Assembly (NCBI GenBank): GCA_013265495.1
Contig: MU058584.1
Span: 3,786,508 to 3,850,507 of the forward strand
DNA length: 64,000 nt
Origin: Vicugna vicugna
Lineage: Eukaryota
Direction: 5' to 3'
The translations under genes and the position numbers were made by a program. The first letter of the stretch is position 1. The number at the start of each line of letters is the position of its first letter. This document shows positions 37,906 through 49,523 of this stretch, in pieces. The notes under the pieces are model-generated. The model was not told the origin of the DNA. It saw only the letters and a list, made by a program, of their open reading frames with translations, and did not search any database.

Positions 37906-39322
37906 CTGCCAGTTTAGGTAAGTGCCCCCTCCTTGGAGAAAGCTTCTCTGCTCCCTCTGTGCTCTGGGTTCCAGCACCCCTGGATACAAACTACTGTAGC
38001 ATCTCCCACCTTGTAACCCTCAGCTTTGGGCCCACTTGTACACACTTTGCTGGAATGTCAGACCAACGCGTGTCCATGGCTGCCCTTCTGTGACCATTGC
38101 TGGAGTCCCTGGGCTGTTCTCAGGCCAGAGAGGGAGGCCACAGGGCCAGGAGGAGAGCTGCCAGCTGATTTTGATAGAAATTCCAGGCACTTTCAATAAA
38201 ACACTTGCCAACCAGAAAGATGTAAACAAAACCAGAAGCTTGTTGAAATCCACATCTTCTAGTTTACATTTGATAGAGTGGGTTCTACTAATCATTTTTT
38301 AATTTTTTTACTTATAAGAAATTTTGTTTTGCCCTCAAACAAATAAAAGGCAGAGTGATGAAGTTCAGACTGGAGCCACAATCTATGCGTTCACCTGGAG
38401 GGGCTCACCCTCCCACCCCATCTTCTCAGAACCCTTGTCTCCACCTACTGCTCCACACTCTGCCTCCCGCTTCCTTTCCATCCACACTGGGCAAGAAGCT
38501 TTCTCAGAAGTTAATACAGTGGGTCCTTCCAAGCCTTGTCTTTTTTGACCTTCCGGAGAAGTGGGTGCACCTGGCCAGGCGGTCAGTGGGTAGTAGGGCC
38601 TAGAGATTCCACTGGGGTTTTCCCACACCAGTTGGCTCCAAAGTAATGACAGTGGGATGTTTAATACAGTAGTTTTTCTTTTCTTGTCTTTTTTTCCAGT
38701 TTGTTCCCTGACCAAAAGGTCAAATACCAAGCTGTCCAGTACAAAACCGATCTCCTGGCAACCATAAGGAGAATCAACCATCTCCTTCTCTGAGAATGTG
38801 GGACCCTTACAGCAGACCTGGTTGTGTAACTGAGTGTGGTGATAAAACGGGGGCCTGTTTAGGCGATGGGGGTCAGGGGAGTCTGAGATGGACCCACCTG
38901 GACAGGGGATGGGAAAGGAGATTCCCCACCTTTAAGTGGAACCACAGAATTAGACTTGGGGTCTTAAGTGTAAACGTACACATAATCATAATCAAAACTA
39001 ACACACACACACCCCTCCCAGTGCTTCTGCACAGAGTGGTAATCGATAACATGCTTAGTCAAGAGAATTCAGTTACAGGGAATAAAGAAAGCAAATTAAC
39101 ATGTACTATCGTATTATTTCTCACAACAACCTATGAGATAGATATTATGAGAAAACGGTGCTTAGAAAGATGGTCCAAGATACTGCAGTGCCAACTGCAG
39201 GGTGGAAGGAAGGGGCAGCCTTTGAGGGAATCTGATTGGTCAGCCCGGCGTCTCCCCTGGCAACCCGAGCCAATCAGCTGCACCGTGATGTGGGGGCCCG
39301 CCTTCCCTGCCAACCCTGTTAC

Positions 39323-39475
39323 CTGGTGGGACTTGCCGCTCCTGGTGCAGGACATCATAGCTCTTCCAGCTGTACTGAGGGGCCGGGGAACCCTCCTGTG
39401 ATTGGCAGGTCAGCTGAATGTTGTTCCCAATCACAGTCTCTCCCTCGATGCCGCAGTCGGGCTTGGAGGGTGGCA
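39323..39475 (-). CDS. GPA33: GPA33 exon 4: PPSKPDCGIEGETVIGNNIQLTCQSQEGSPAPQYSWKSYDVLHQERQVPP (Ig C2 domain)
   Basis: ctacag|TGCCA...CCAG|gtaaca, 153 bp. Confidence 0.96.
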
Positions 39476-39545
39476 CTGTAGGGAAGAGGGCCAAAGAGAA
39501 GCCATGAATTAGTTGGGGCTTGATGACAGCCACTCCCGACCACAA

Positions 39546-39557
39546 ACACACACACAG

Positions 39558-39585
<28 letters not shown>
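39546..39585. repeat. Interrupted (CA)n microsatellite
   Basis: Read directly. Confidence 0.95.
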
Positions 39586-39588
<3 letters not shown>

Positions 39589-39937
39589 CTTGTTTGTTCA
39601 CAGGCGGAGAAATTCACAGCCTAGTGGTAAGAGGTAGTGATATAAGATCAACCCAACCCAAATTATCCTCGGTGGCCTGTCACTGTCACAGAGAGGCAGC
39701 ACACACAGTGGACAGCATTCTGAGGGCAGTAGCTTTTTAGCTTTAAAAGTGCAGTCACCATTATAAAGATGAAGACACTGAGGCCAGGGTCCTGGCAGGG
39801 CTGGGACTAGAGCCAGGTCTTCTGACTCCAGACCCACTACTCTCTCCACCAGCTCAAAGCTGCTCCCTGTGACAGTGACTTCTCTGTGCCACTTTAGGTA
39901 AATCCTTCAGTCCCTCAGTGTTCCCATCCGTTAAATG

Positions 39938-40110
39938 AGGGGACAGCAATCTTCTGTAAAGAGCCAAGAGATAGTATTTCAGGCCACATTATGGTCTCGG
40001 TTGCAGCATCTTCTTTTTAATTAACTGGGAATGTAAAAACCATTCTCTAGCTCACAGACCACATAAAAATAGGCTGCAGGCTGGATTTGGCCTTAGTTTG
40101 CCGGCCCATG
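39938..40110. mobile_element. MER58A-like DNA transposon
   Basis: ttctgtaaagagccaagagatagtatttcagg...ggctggatttggccttagtttgcc. Confidence 0.7.
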
Positions 40111-42019
40111 GGCTCATTGCAGCTCTTTAGGGCCACCTCTTAGGAATGTCCCCTTCTGTTAAGCATCTCCCTCTTCCCATGCTTTGCTGATAAAATGAAA
40201 TTGTTATGAGTAACTGGGTGATGGGAGAGACCCCAGGCGGCAGCAGTGTTGTGTGTGGGGTGGAGAATGAGGGCTGAGGGGATGGAGGGAAAGGGAAGTC
40301 CACAGAAACAGATTACAAAACCCAACAGGCCACCCTCAACTCACAACCCTAACATGATCTCCCAGGATTCCTGGACACCTTAAGCCAGTACCTTTACTCA
40401 GTGCTGTTAACACACCACTGTGTACAGTGGTTTGTTCTACAAACCTTATTGGGCATCTGCTGTATGCCTGACACTACTGGGTATGGAGATGACGTGGTGA
40501 GTGAGTCCCCATGTTCAAGGAGTCCAGTGGGGGCAGAAGGTAAGTGATCAAACAAGGACCAGGCAGGGCACAAGGCTGCTGGGACAGGGAAGGCAATGCA
40601 AGGGACACTGACCCAGTCACGAAGCCAATATTGGAGATGGGGGGCAGTCGGAGAAAGAGAGAGGGGGGCATTCTGGCAGAAGGAACAGCATGTGCAAAGG
40701 GTCTGAGGCAAGAAGCAAAAAGTATGCCTGGGACTTCAGGTTGTGTCCTCAGGGGTGAGCAGGGGAGGACACCCAGAGGAGAGGGCTATTATTGGAAGCC
40801 CTCAGTGGCAGGCCCGTTACCTCCGCTTCTTTCTTTACATGCCCCCTTGGATGGTTGATTTGCCCCAATAAATAATGCTGCTCTTTCTATAATCCAGACC
40901 GCACAGGTGCATGGTCACTGAGCATGGAGGGTGAATTCCAATCTCTGTTTGGCCCAGAGTTGCTGGGGGAAGATATTCAGGACAAACCTCTCCCCTGGAG
41001 CCCACAGCCCGGGGTATTTCCTCTCTGACACAGGGGGTGCTTGGTGGGTATGCCCCACACCCCCTGCTGTCTTAGTGAGGGTCAGCCAGGCCTGGAGACA
41101 GGGTGGGGCAAATCAGAGGCATTCCCTACTGCCACCCGCAGTCAGACAGTCCCTAAACCTGCAAGGCCTCAGGTTCAAGGACAGGCCACAGGTATCCATG
41201 CCCAGACCCCCAGGCCTGGAGCAGCCTGGGGGGGTGGGGGCCGGGGGAAGGCTGCTGCCTGGGGGCCACTCTCACAAGCAGCCCCTCAGTCCTGGGCAAG
41301 CAGGTAACTTAGGGAGACAAGAGACAGTGGACACCACTTGCTTCTGAGGACACCCGTTCCAGGTCAGGGATGCTGAGTCAGGCTTTATCTCTTGAGTTCT
41401 CTCCAGGTCCAGGAACATCCCTCCCCACCCATCAAAGCCATCACCCCGGCTTCCCAGGGAGCCTTTACCAGTGGGCTAAGCCTTTATTCCACAGAAAGAA
41501 AGCTGGCCACAAATTTAGTACTACCTGAGAAGTCTCACCTTGGCCTACGTGTGCATGATGGGTAACTGAGCCTTTCCATGGCTGGGTTTCTTTGGGATAC
41601 AAGCCAAAAAGGAGGGGGAGGGGACGGAGGCAAATGAGCGTCTGGAGATGCATGAAAAAGCACGCTGAACACATCCAATGACTAGCTGCCTCACACCACC
41701 ATTTGCTGGGGAAATTTATTAAAAGCAAATCTTTAATTCACTGCAGAGACAGCAGTAGAGATAATGGCAAACAAGGGATTCCCGCCTCCCTGGAAGACCT
41801 GCCTCAGGGAGGAATGTGTCCAATTCTTTGCCCCAACCCCCAACCCCACCCCCGGCCCTTAACCTCAGCCCCCAAACTGCCTTCCTCCTCACCTCATCTT
41901 GAGGACCACCCCCCCAGACCTCACTCAGTCCAGACCCCTCCCTGAAGCTCCCCTCCTCTGCCCTCACCATTAAGAACAGCTGGGACCTTGAATCAAACAG
42001 ATCCAGTTCAATGAGCCCT

Positions 42020-42430
42020 TCTGCCCGCTGCGGGGGCTGTGAGACCGCGGGGACTCTCGGAAGTTTCGGTTTCTCAGTTGGCGCGTCCCATCTCCCAAAA
42101 AGAACGTAGATGCCACCTGAATATTTACTGAGGGCGGAGTGACGGGAAGGGAGCCGGGGACGCTCTGGGCTCCGAGGCCTCGCCAAAGCCTGCGACTCCC
42201 GCTGCGGACGTCAGGGGGCGCCAGAGGCCGGAGAGACGACCGATCCTGCCCGGCGGCGCCAGGTCCCGAGTCCCCGCGCCAGGTGGCTTCCCCTTGGTGA
42301 CCAAGAAGGCGCGTGCTCCACCTCTGTCCAGAAGCTTCTTGTTCGCCTCAGTTTACTGTGAGGTCACACAGCCCGAGTGGGCGGCCCCATATAATTAAAG
42401 CCCTTCTGCCTAAAAATAGCCCAGCTGCAA
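42020..42430. promoter_or_regulatory. CpG-rich regulatory island in GPA33 intron 3
   Basis: Dense CpG/GC with ISRE, ETS, GC-box, CRE-like, CTCF-like, MEF2 and E-box motifs (see findings). Confidence 0.6.
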
Positions 42431-43800
42431 AGCCATTTGGAAAGAAACCTTTTTTTTTAACTGGATTTCTTAACATATAGTACTAAATTCTCTCCCCCTC
42501 CCTCTTCCTCTCTCTCTTTTAAAGCAAAGCATCTTTTCACCGAATTCCATAATCTCAGATTAAACTTGTATCATTTGTCCTTGGAGTTAACTAGTTCCTC
42601 TCTTACAATGCAGCTGTCCCTGAATGGGCAGGGGGACTATCCAGACGTTCACACCTAAGTGGGGTCCTGCTGGCTTCCCCTCAACCAGCTTGCTGCCAGA
42701 AGAAAATGGGAGCTATTTAAGAGAAGCTGGGAGGGGACAGAATTAGCCAGAGAAGAATCAGGTAGGGCTAAAGTGAGGGAAAAGTTTAGTAAGAGAAGAT
42801 ATTATACAGTACCAGATCGTAAAAGCCAACTACACAGATACAGATAATGTGCTCTCTCTCTCCCCACATATATGTGTGTGTGTATATAAATCTCAAAGCT
42901 GATTATAGACATACTGTAATCAAAACCACATTAATTGGCATAGGAATAATCAAAAGGAAAATGAACAAAATAAGGAGCAAAAACAGCCATGTATATATGA
43001 GAACTGAATATGTGACCAAGATGGTATTCCAGTGGGAAAATGATTGTTTCTTTGGTATAATAAATGATGCTGATGCAATTGGCTATCCGTTTGGAAGAAA
43101 ACAAAGACTTTAACAGTCTCTCCCTTGGCCATGACCTGAGAGGAGCCAGAAACAGGGGTGGGAGGAGGTGGACTAAGGAGAATAGGAGACAGACCCAGTA
43201 CTTGTCCCACTGCTGGTCCCCAAGCTTTGGGGGATCCGGCCCAAGCTACAGACAGGTGTGAAGCTCATTGGATCCTAGATTAAAATTCTGATTTAGACCA
43301 AATGGATTTTTTTCACCTAGCAAATTAACAAAATTGACAAAAACTTAAAAGATTGATAATACTCAGTACTGGTAAGGATATTGGAAAACAGACATACTGA
43401 CGTAATTAATGCTCATGGCAGTACAAGTTGCTTTGGGGAAAGTAATGTGCCATATGAAGTAACATTTAAGGACAGCATCATCTTTGATCTAGAAATCCTA
43501 CTTTTAAGAATTCATCTAATAGAAACAAAAACAACACAGTGAAGGTATACATATCTATATATATAGGTATATATCAATATTTTCTTTGTACCAAAAAAAA
43601 GGGAAAACAATCTGAGAGTGCTCATCAGTATGGAACACTGGAATAAATCAGTACATCCATGCGATGGATGTGTTCTGTTAATTGAGCTGTATGTGTTGAT
43701 CTTAGAAATGTGCATGAAACATTAACAACAAGAAAATTACATAGTAATCTTTATAATAGGATCTCTTTTTTTAAAGGAAAGAAAAGAAAGAAAAAGAAAG

Positions 43801-43844
43801 TGTGTGTGTGTGTGTGTGTGTGTCTGTGTCTGTGTGTGTCTGTG
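43801..43844. repeat. Interrupted (TG)n at the tail of an old L1 3' end
   Basis: Read directly. Follows an A-rich tail and an L1ME-like stretch at about 42850-43800. Confidence 0.85.
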
Positions 43845-44851
43845 TTGAAATGACATGGAGAGGTATGTGGAAGAACACACACCAGAACGACCCTTGGCCA
43901 CCTTGCTGGTCGTAGGATGCAAGGAAGAAATAGTTATTCTTTACTCAGGTCGTTATTGTCTGACTCAAGCCAATGCTTCAAAAACCCGGGCAGCCACCTT
44001 ATACAATTAAAAATAAAATCTCATTACGTAGTGTAAAGGGGAAAAAAACGAAACATGATCCATTGTTTTGGCTTAAGGTATTGCTCCCTCCCAGGGTGGG
44101 GGCCATTTCTCACAGTGGACACAGACTGGGCGCCCACTAAAGTTTTCTCAGTAACTGGTTGACTTGGAGTCAGGTGCCTACTTTCTTTGGGCCTCATCTA
44201 TAAAATGATCATTCTGATCATTTCAGAACTATAAACTCCAGTAGTAAGCTGCTTGTGTGGAAAGTATGTTACCTTGGGACATATTTCAGAGGCAGTAGAA
44301 CCTGATCAGCGGTGTGTTGGAGCCGAGGGTTGTGGAGATGGTGGTGTGAAGGGCTTCTACTGATTAGAATTGAGGGAGGGAGGGATGCCCGACCTGTAAG
44401 AGAGTCATGACTTGGGCCCCAGCATTAAAGTAAGGCACCGTGAGAGTCTTTACAGTAGGATCTGGGGTTTCCTTTTTTCTTCTGTTTAAGAAGTTTGGCA
44501 TGAAAAGGAGAGGAGTTGGTGTGAAGGAAAGGGCAGTGGATGGAGCACAGACAGAATCTGCAAGGCTGACCCCTGAGGACCACTCCAAACAGCCTTGACC
44601 TCTGCCCTGGGGAGCTGTCTGCCCAGACAGAATGGTGTTTGGCTCCCGGGGGAGGAGCAGGCCCCGCCCCCCCCTCCTCCAGCCCCGCCCGCGGGCCCCC
44701 AGCCAAACCAGACAAGGGGAGGAGTCTTAGCTCCTGGTCAGGCATTGCTTTCTGGCAATCTTTACCTTCCCATCAGGATGCCCTCCTCCTTGCGCCCCCT
44801 CCTCTCCCCAGCCTCTTCCTACCATCCCAGGAAGGAGAAGGGCTCACTCAC

Positions 44852-45068
44852 CGAGGACCAGGAGGCGGACGCGGGACTTGGAGGTGCCGTCCAGGTCCGA
44901 CAGCAGCGAGACCGAGCACTCGTAGGTGCCATTGTCGTCCATGGTCAACTGGTCAATGGTGACCGAGGCATCTGACTTCTCTACACTGCTCGATACGTTG
45001 ACACGGTTCTGATAAAGTTCACCGTAGATGTAGGTTTTGGTCGAAAAGGTCCAGATGAGCACCCTTTC
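44852..45068 (-). CDS. GPA33: GPA33 exon 3: ERVLIWTFSTK...DNGTYECSVSLLSDLDGTSKSRVRLLVL (rest of Ig V domain)
   Basis: cccag|GAAAGG...CTCG|gtgagt, 217 bp. Contains the Ig V DxGxYxC motif. Confidence 0.97.
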
Positions 45069-45554
45069 CTGGGAGGGAGAGGAAAAGCCCTTGGTCTTCA
45101 CCCTATGGCCCTGGCACGGTGCCCCAGCCTGTCCTGACCACCCTCGTCCGCCGTTCCCGGGCCCAATCCCACCCAACAAAGAGCTCAAATACTGGTGCCC
45201 ACTTGTGGATTCCTCTAATAATATATATATTTTATAAAATATATATATATTTTAATGACAATATTGAAAGCCTGGGGCAGGTAGGCAGCTCATATCAGGA
45301 GTATATGTGAATAAGTGAGGCTTTCTCAGATCCCAGCACTTTAACTTCTTGTAACCTCTGGCACCTCTCTTACCCACTCCATTTTAGTTCATTGTCTGGT
45401 CTCCATCAGTCAACCAGTATTTACTGAGCACCTAGTATGTGCAGGCATTGTGCTAGGCAGCCATCCTTGGCCTCCAAGCCCACTTTATTTATTTGACTCT
45501 TCCCTTTGGAATTTCTGTATTCATTGATGTACTCAACAGAACATGGTACTGGCA

Positions 45555-45790
45555 AGACCCTTACTTTCAAACCAGACTGCCTCAATTCAGATCCCAGTTC
45601 GCCACTTCCTAGTTGTATGACCTTGAGTGAAATGCTTGACCTCTCCAGGACTCTTCTACAAAGTGGAAATAATAATAATGACACCTATAGCATAGGATTT
45701 TTGTGAGGGTTAAGGTTGATAATGTACACAGGGCAATCAGGGCATTGCCGACACGGTAAGTTTCCTGTAAGTGCTGGCCATTGTGATTAC
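45555..45790 (+). mobile_element. MIR SINE
   Basis: ccagactgcctcaattcagatcccagttcgccacttcctagttgtatgaccttgag. Confidence 0.8.
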
Positions 45791-45899
45791 TAGGCAGCTA
45801 CTAGGTGCCTGACACTCAAAGACGAGTAACTCATGATTTCTGCCCTCAGGACAGTGAGGGTGATAGGCCACCCAGCATTACAGCATCGGAAGATTAGCT

Positions 45900-47260
45900 G
45901 CAGAGCCTCGGCAGAGAGGTATTACGTCTAAGTTGGGAAGTCAGAGGAGGCTTCCTAGCAGAGTTCCCAGAAGACAGTCCCTTGAATCTTGGAGGACAAA
46001 TAAGAATTAGTCAAGCAAAGGGGGACTGGGGCAGTGAGTGTTGGAGTAGGATAAACGTATCTGGCATTTCAGGCAAAGAGAGAACAATGGGGAAAGAGCT
46101 AGAAGTGAGATACAACGTATCGACCCTAAATGTTCAGTATGAGTGGGGGTGAGTGTGTGAGTGAGGGACTGGTAAAAGGAGAGCTTGGGCAGGTCGCAAT
46201 AAAGATCATAGTGGCTGTTTATTGAATATATGCCATGTGCCAGGTCTGATTCAAAGCACTTTGATTGTATTATTCTCATTTAATCCTCACAACCACCCTG
46301 TGATGTTAAGTATTATGATTATACCCATTTTACACATGATGAAACCGAGGCACCAAGAGGTTAAGTGCCTCTCCTAAGTGTATATGGTTGAGTAAATGCC
46401 AGGACTGGGATTAGAACTGGGCGCTCTGGCTTCAAAACCCGAGCTCTGGAGATTCTGCATTGCCAGACAGCAGACAATGTACCTGGGACTAAAGAGACCG
46501 CATGTTATCCTGTAAACACTGGAGAGCCATGTGTTTTAGGAAGTTAGCTTTCAACACAGGGTGGAAAATGAATTGAAAGGAGAGGGAACCAGTTAAGAAA
46601 TTGGTTTAGCAATTCAGGTGAAAAACGATGGGTCTTTGGACAAGGCTGTGGCAAGGCAGATAGGAAGAATGGAGTGAATTTGAGGAAGGTTAAAAGTGGT
46701 GGGAGCAATGGGACATTGGAGGGATTAAATGTAGAAAGTTAGGGAGTAGCAGATCTCAGGGGGAGAGCTTTTTGGCCTGGATGTTTGAATGAATGGTGAT
46801 GTCATTTCCAAGAGACGAAAAACCTAGGAAGAGAATGTTTTATGAAAAAATAATGCATTCTGTTTACATTTGGTACGCCCGAAGTGTGGACAGGGTACCC
46901 AAGCATAGAAGCTCAACAGAAGCTGCACAGGTCAGCTGAGTACACCTGAGGATGAAGTGGGAGTCAACGACATGCAGATGGCATCAAGCCATGGCCTTGA
47001 GGAAGCCACCTCAGGTGAATGAGTAGAGAAAGGGCAGGTCCTAGTGTTTCTTCACTCTGAAAGGTCAGGGAGAGGTCAGAGAGATGAGAGGGTAAGCCAA
47101 GACAAGAATACCAGGAAGCCAAGTGAGGGAGGTTCCAAGATGGGAAAGTGGTTGATAGTCAGAAAAGCTAGCGAGAAATGAAATAAGATGAGGACTGAAT
47201 CAGCACACTGAATTAGCAAGAGAGAAGTTGCTGGTGATCTCAGCGGCGTGTCAGGAGAGG
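45900..47260 (-). mobile_element. L2 fragments (antisense) with a MIR at about 46200-46445
   Basis: GA-rich L2 antisense text. MIR core ttaatcctcacaaccaccctgtga. Confidence 0.65.
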
Positions 47261-48296
47261 CAAGCAGACCACGCAAGCTAGGGAAGAAAGTGTGGGGGTG
47301 TCTGATGCCTGTGCATGTTCTTTAAGCAAATCAAGAAAAGGTGCTCTAGGTTTTGGACAGACAGACCTGTGCCAGGCTAATGGAAAGCAGGCCCCCCAGG
47401 CTGAGCACCCTCGTGCAGGGCGTAATCTGCCTGACCACATGCGACAGCCCTGGTTGGGGCAGATAACTCTCAGTGAAAAATGCAAGAGGCAGAGTAGTGC
47501 GTACAACATGCTACTATTTGCGTCAAAGGAGGGGGAAACAGGAATACATACACATATACACACGTGTGTGACTATATATATTCACATTTTCTTGAATGTG
47601 CATAAAGAATTACTAGAAGGATACACAAGAAACTAAATCGGTTATCGTAGCTCAAAGGGATACGCAATGACTATAGAAGAGATGACCAATCAGTCAGAAT
47701 AAATGCTGGCCGCAAACAACCAGTACCAGCGGAAATTCGCCTTGCCTGGGAGGGTAGGGGGATAGAGGGACTGGGGCGTGGAAGCAGGGTGGATGGGACG
47801 GGGTTGGGGGTGGTGGTGGCAGGGATATGAATGCGACTTCTCCATGTATACTTTTTATGATGTTTTAATTTTTGAACCACGGGATTACATTATCTACTCC
47901 AAAATAGAAAATAAAATAAAATCTCCCTCATACTCCCCTCAAAAAGAACCCAAATGGGGGTGAAAAAAAAACTATAACAAAATTTGACCTCAGAAAGAGC
48001 TCTATGCTAATCAAGAGGAATAACTGACTCAGATGATACCGTTTAGGTCATTTGTGATTGGCCACCAGAGAAATGTTTTAGGGAAGGTGACTTTTTCAAA
48101 ATAGAGGTAGCACAACGTTGTCCTCCCTGGGTCCAGCGTTCACTGCTCCCCTCCTCCCCAGCCCATCCTGTGTGCTATCTAGGTTTATTCTAGGCACATT
48201 TATTGAAAGGCTTTTTAGCGCTCGTCCTCCAATAGGTCATGGTCAAGGTCATAATACTCATCCCAGTGATGCTCCCAGCTTTCGAAAGAACCTTAC

Positions 48297-48451
48297 CGTG
48301 TGGCTCTTTAGAAGCTTGTCCCATTGGATAAATCCTTCTCGGCTGAGGGAGGAAGTGTGGTAGGTGCATGGAAGGGTAACGCTCTTTCCCCGAGCAGCTC
48401 GAAGAACATCCTTTGGGGTTTCCACAGAGATGGCATGGACAGTCACCCAGA
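48297..48451 (-). CDS. GPA33: GPA33 exon 2: WVTVHAISVETPKDVLRAARGKSVTLPCTYHTSSLSREGFIQWDKLLKSHT (start of Ig V domain)
   Basis: ttccag|TCTGG...CACACG|gtaagg, 155 bp. Confidence 0.97.
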
Positions 48452-49484
48452 CTGGAAAGAAAGTGGGAAGAGAGGGAGAGAAGTGGAGCTATGAGGATGC
48501 TTGTGGTGAGGACTGTCCAGGCAGGGCCAGAGCGAGGCCAGAGCGAGGCCAGAGCTGCGTGGCAGGACTCAGCGTGGTCCAGGGAGGAACAGCAAGGGAC
48601 CCGTGTGGTGGGAGGGGAGTGAGTGAGGAGGAGAAACGAGGCAGAGAAGTAGAGGGGTCTCAGGTCGCACAGGGCCTTGAAGCCCGTATGTAGGACTTTG
48701 CATTTTGCTAGTGGGTGGCTGGAGCAGAGGCAGACACAGCCTGGAGGGAAATCCAGGAGAAACCCAAGCAATGGCGCTTGCCAGCACTTCCGACCCTAGA
48801 GAGGGCTCTCGCAGTTTTCTGCCCACTTGGCAGAAGCTCTAATAATTGGATATCCTTCCCATGTAGTCTTGATTCCCTTTAAGCTGCTGGGTTTGTTTGT
48901 TTGTTTGTTTGTTTGTTTTGTTTTGTTTTTTGCTGTTTTGCAAGGTAGGCAAGCCTGCACTCCAGCCCATCGGCGGTATCCCTCCCTATTGCAGGTTGCC
49001 ACGTTGGGGGTGGGGTTCCCATGGATACAATATCTGTCTCTCCTACCCATTTCTACGTGGTCCATCTACGTGCCGTAGCTGTTTAATCAGCCTCAGAAGT
49101 TCTTCAGGAGGAATTGCTCTCTATGTAGGGGTAGATTCGGTGTGTCTGTGGCAGAGGGTGACCTCGGGGTCTTCCTGCGCAGCCATCTCGGTCCGCTCCT
49201 GGACCACTCCGTGTTTACTACGCAGCTTCTCCGTGGCCGTTTCAGGAAGTAGCATAGCACTGAATTTAAATGCACAAATTCCAGAGCTGGAACGCCTCCA
49301 CTGGAATTCCAGCTCCTTATTCTACTGAATGTGCAACCTCCAGCAGTTTACTTCAGCTCCCTGTGCCGGAGTCTTCACTTAAAAAATAGGTCGTGTAAAT
49401 ATTAAACTACATGAAAAGTGTGCTTTGTTTAGAATGGTTCCTAACCCATAATCAGTGCTCAATTAATGATAGCTACATTTCATT

Positions 49485-49522
<38 letters not shown>
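49485..49522. repeat. (TA)7(TG)12 compound microsatellite
   Basis: Read directly. Confidence 0.9.

Positions 49523-49523
<1 letters not shown>

Noticed and set aside
38796-39401. 201-aa ORF on the + strand, the longest in the track
   Set aside because: Antisense to GPA33 exon 4 and intron 4, with no homology or splice support.
48525-48555. 11-bp tandem repeat ggccagagcga, about 2.8 copies
   Set aside because: Local slippage inside an L2 relic. No spacers, so not CRISPR-like.
48190-48771. 193-aa ORF on the - strand
   Set aside because: An out-of-frame overlap of L2 sequence and GPA33 exon 2.
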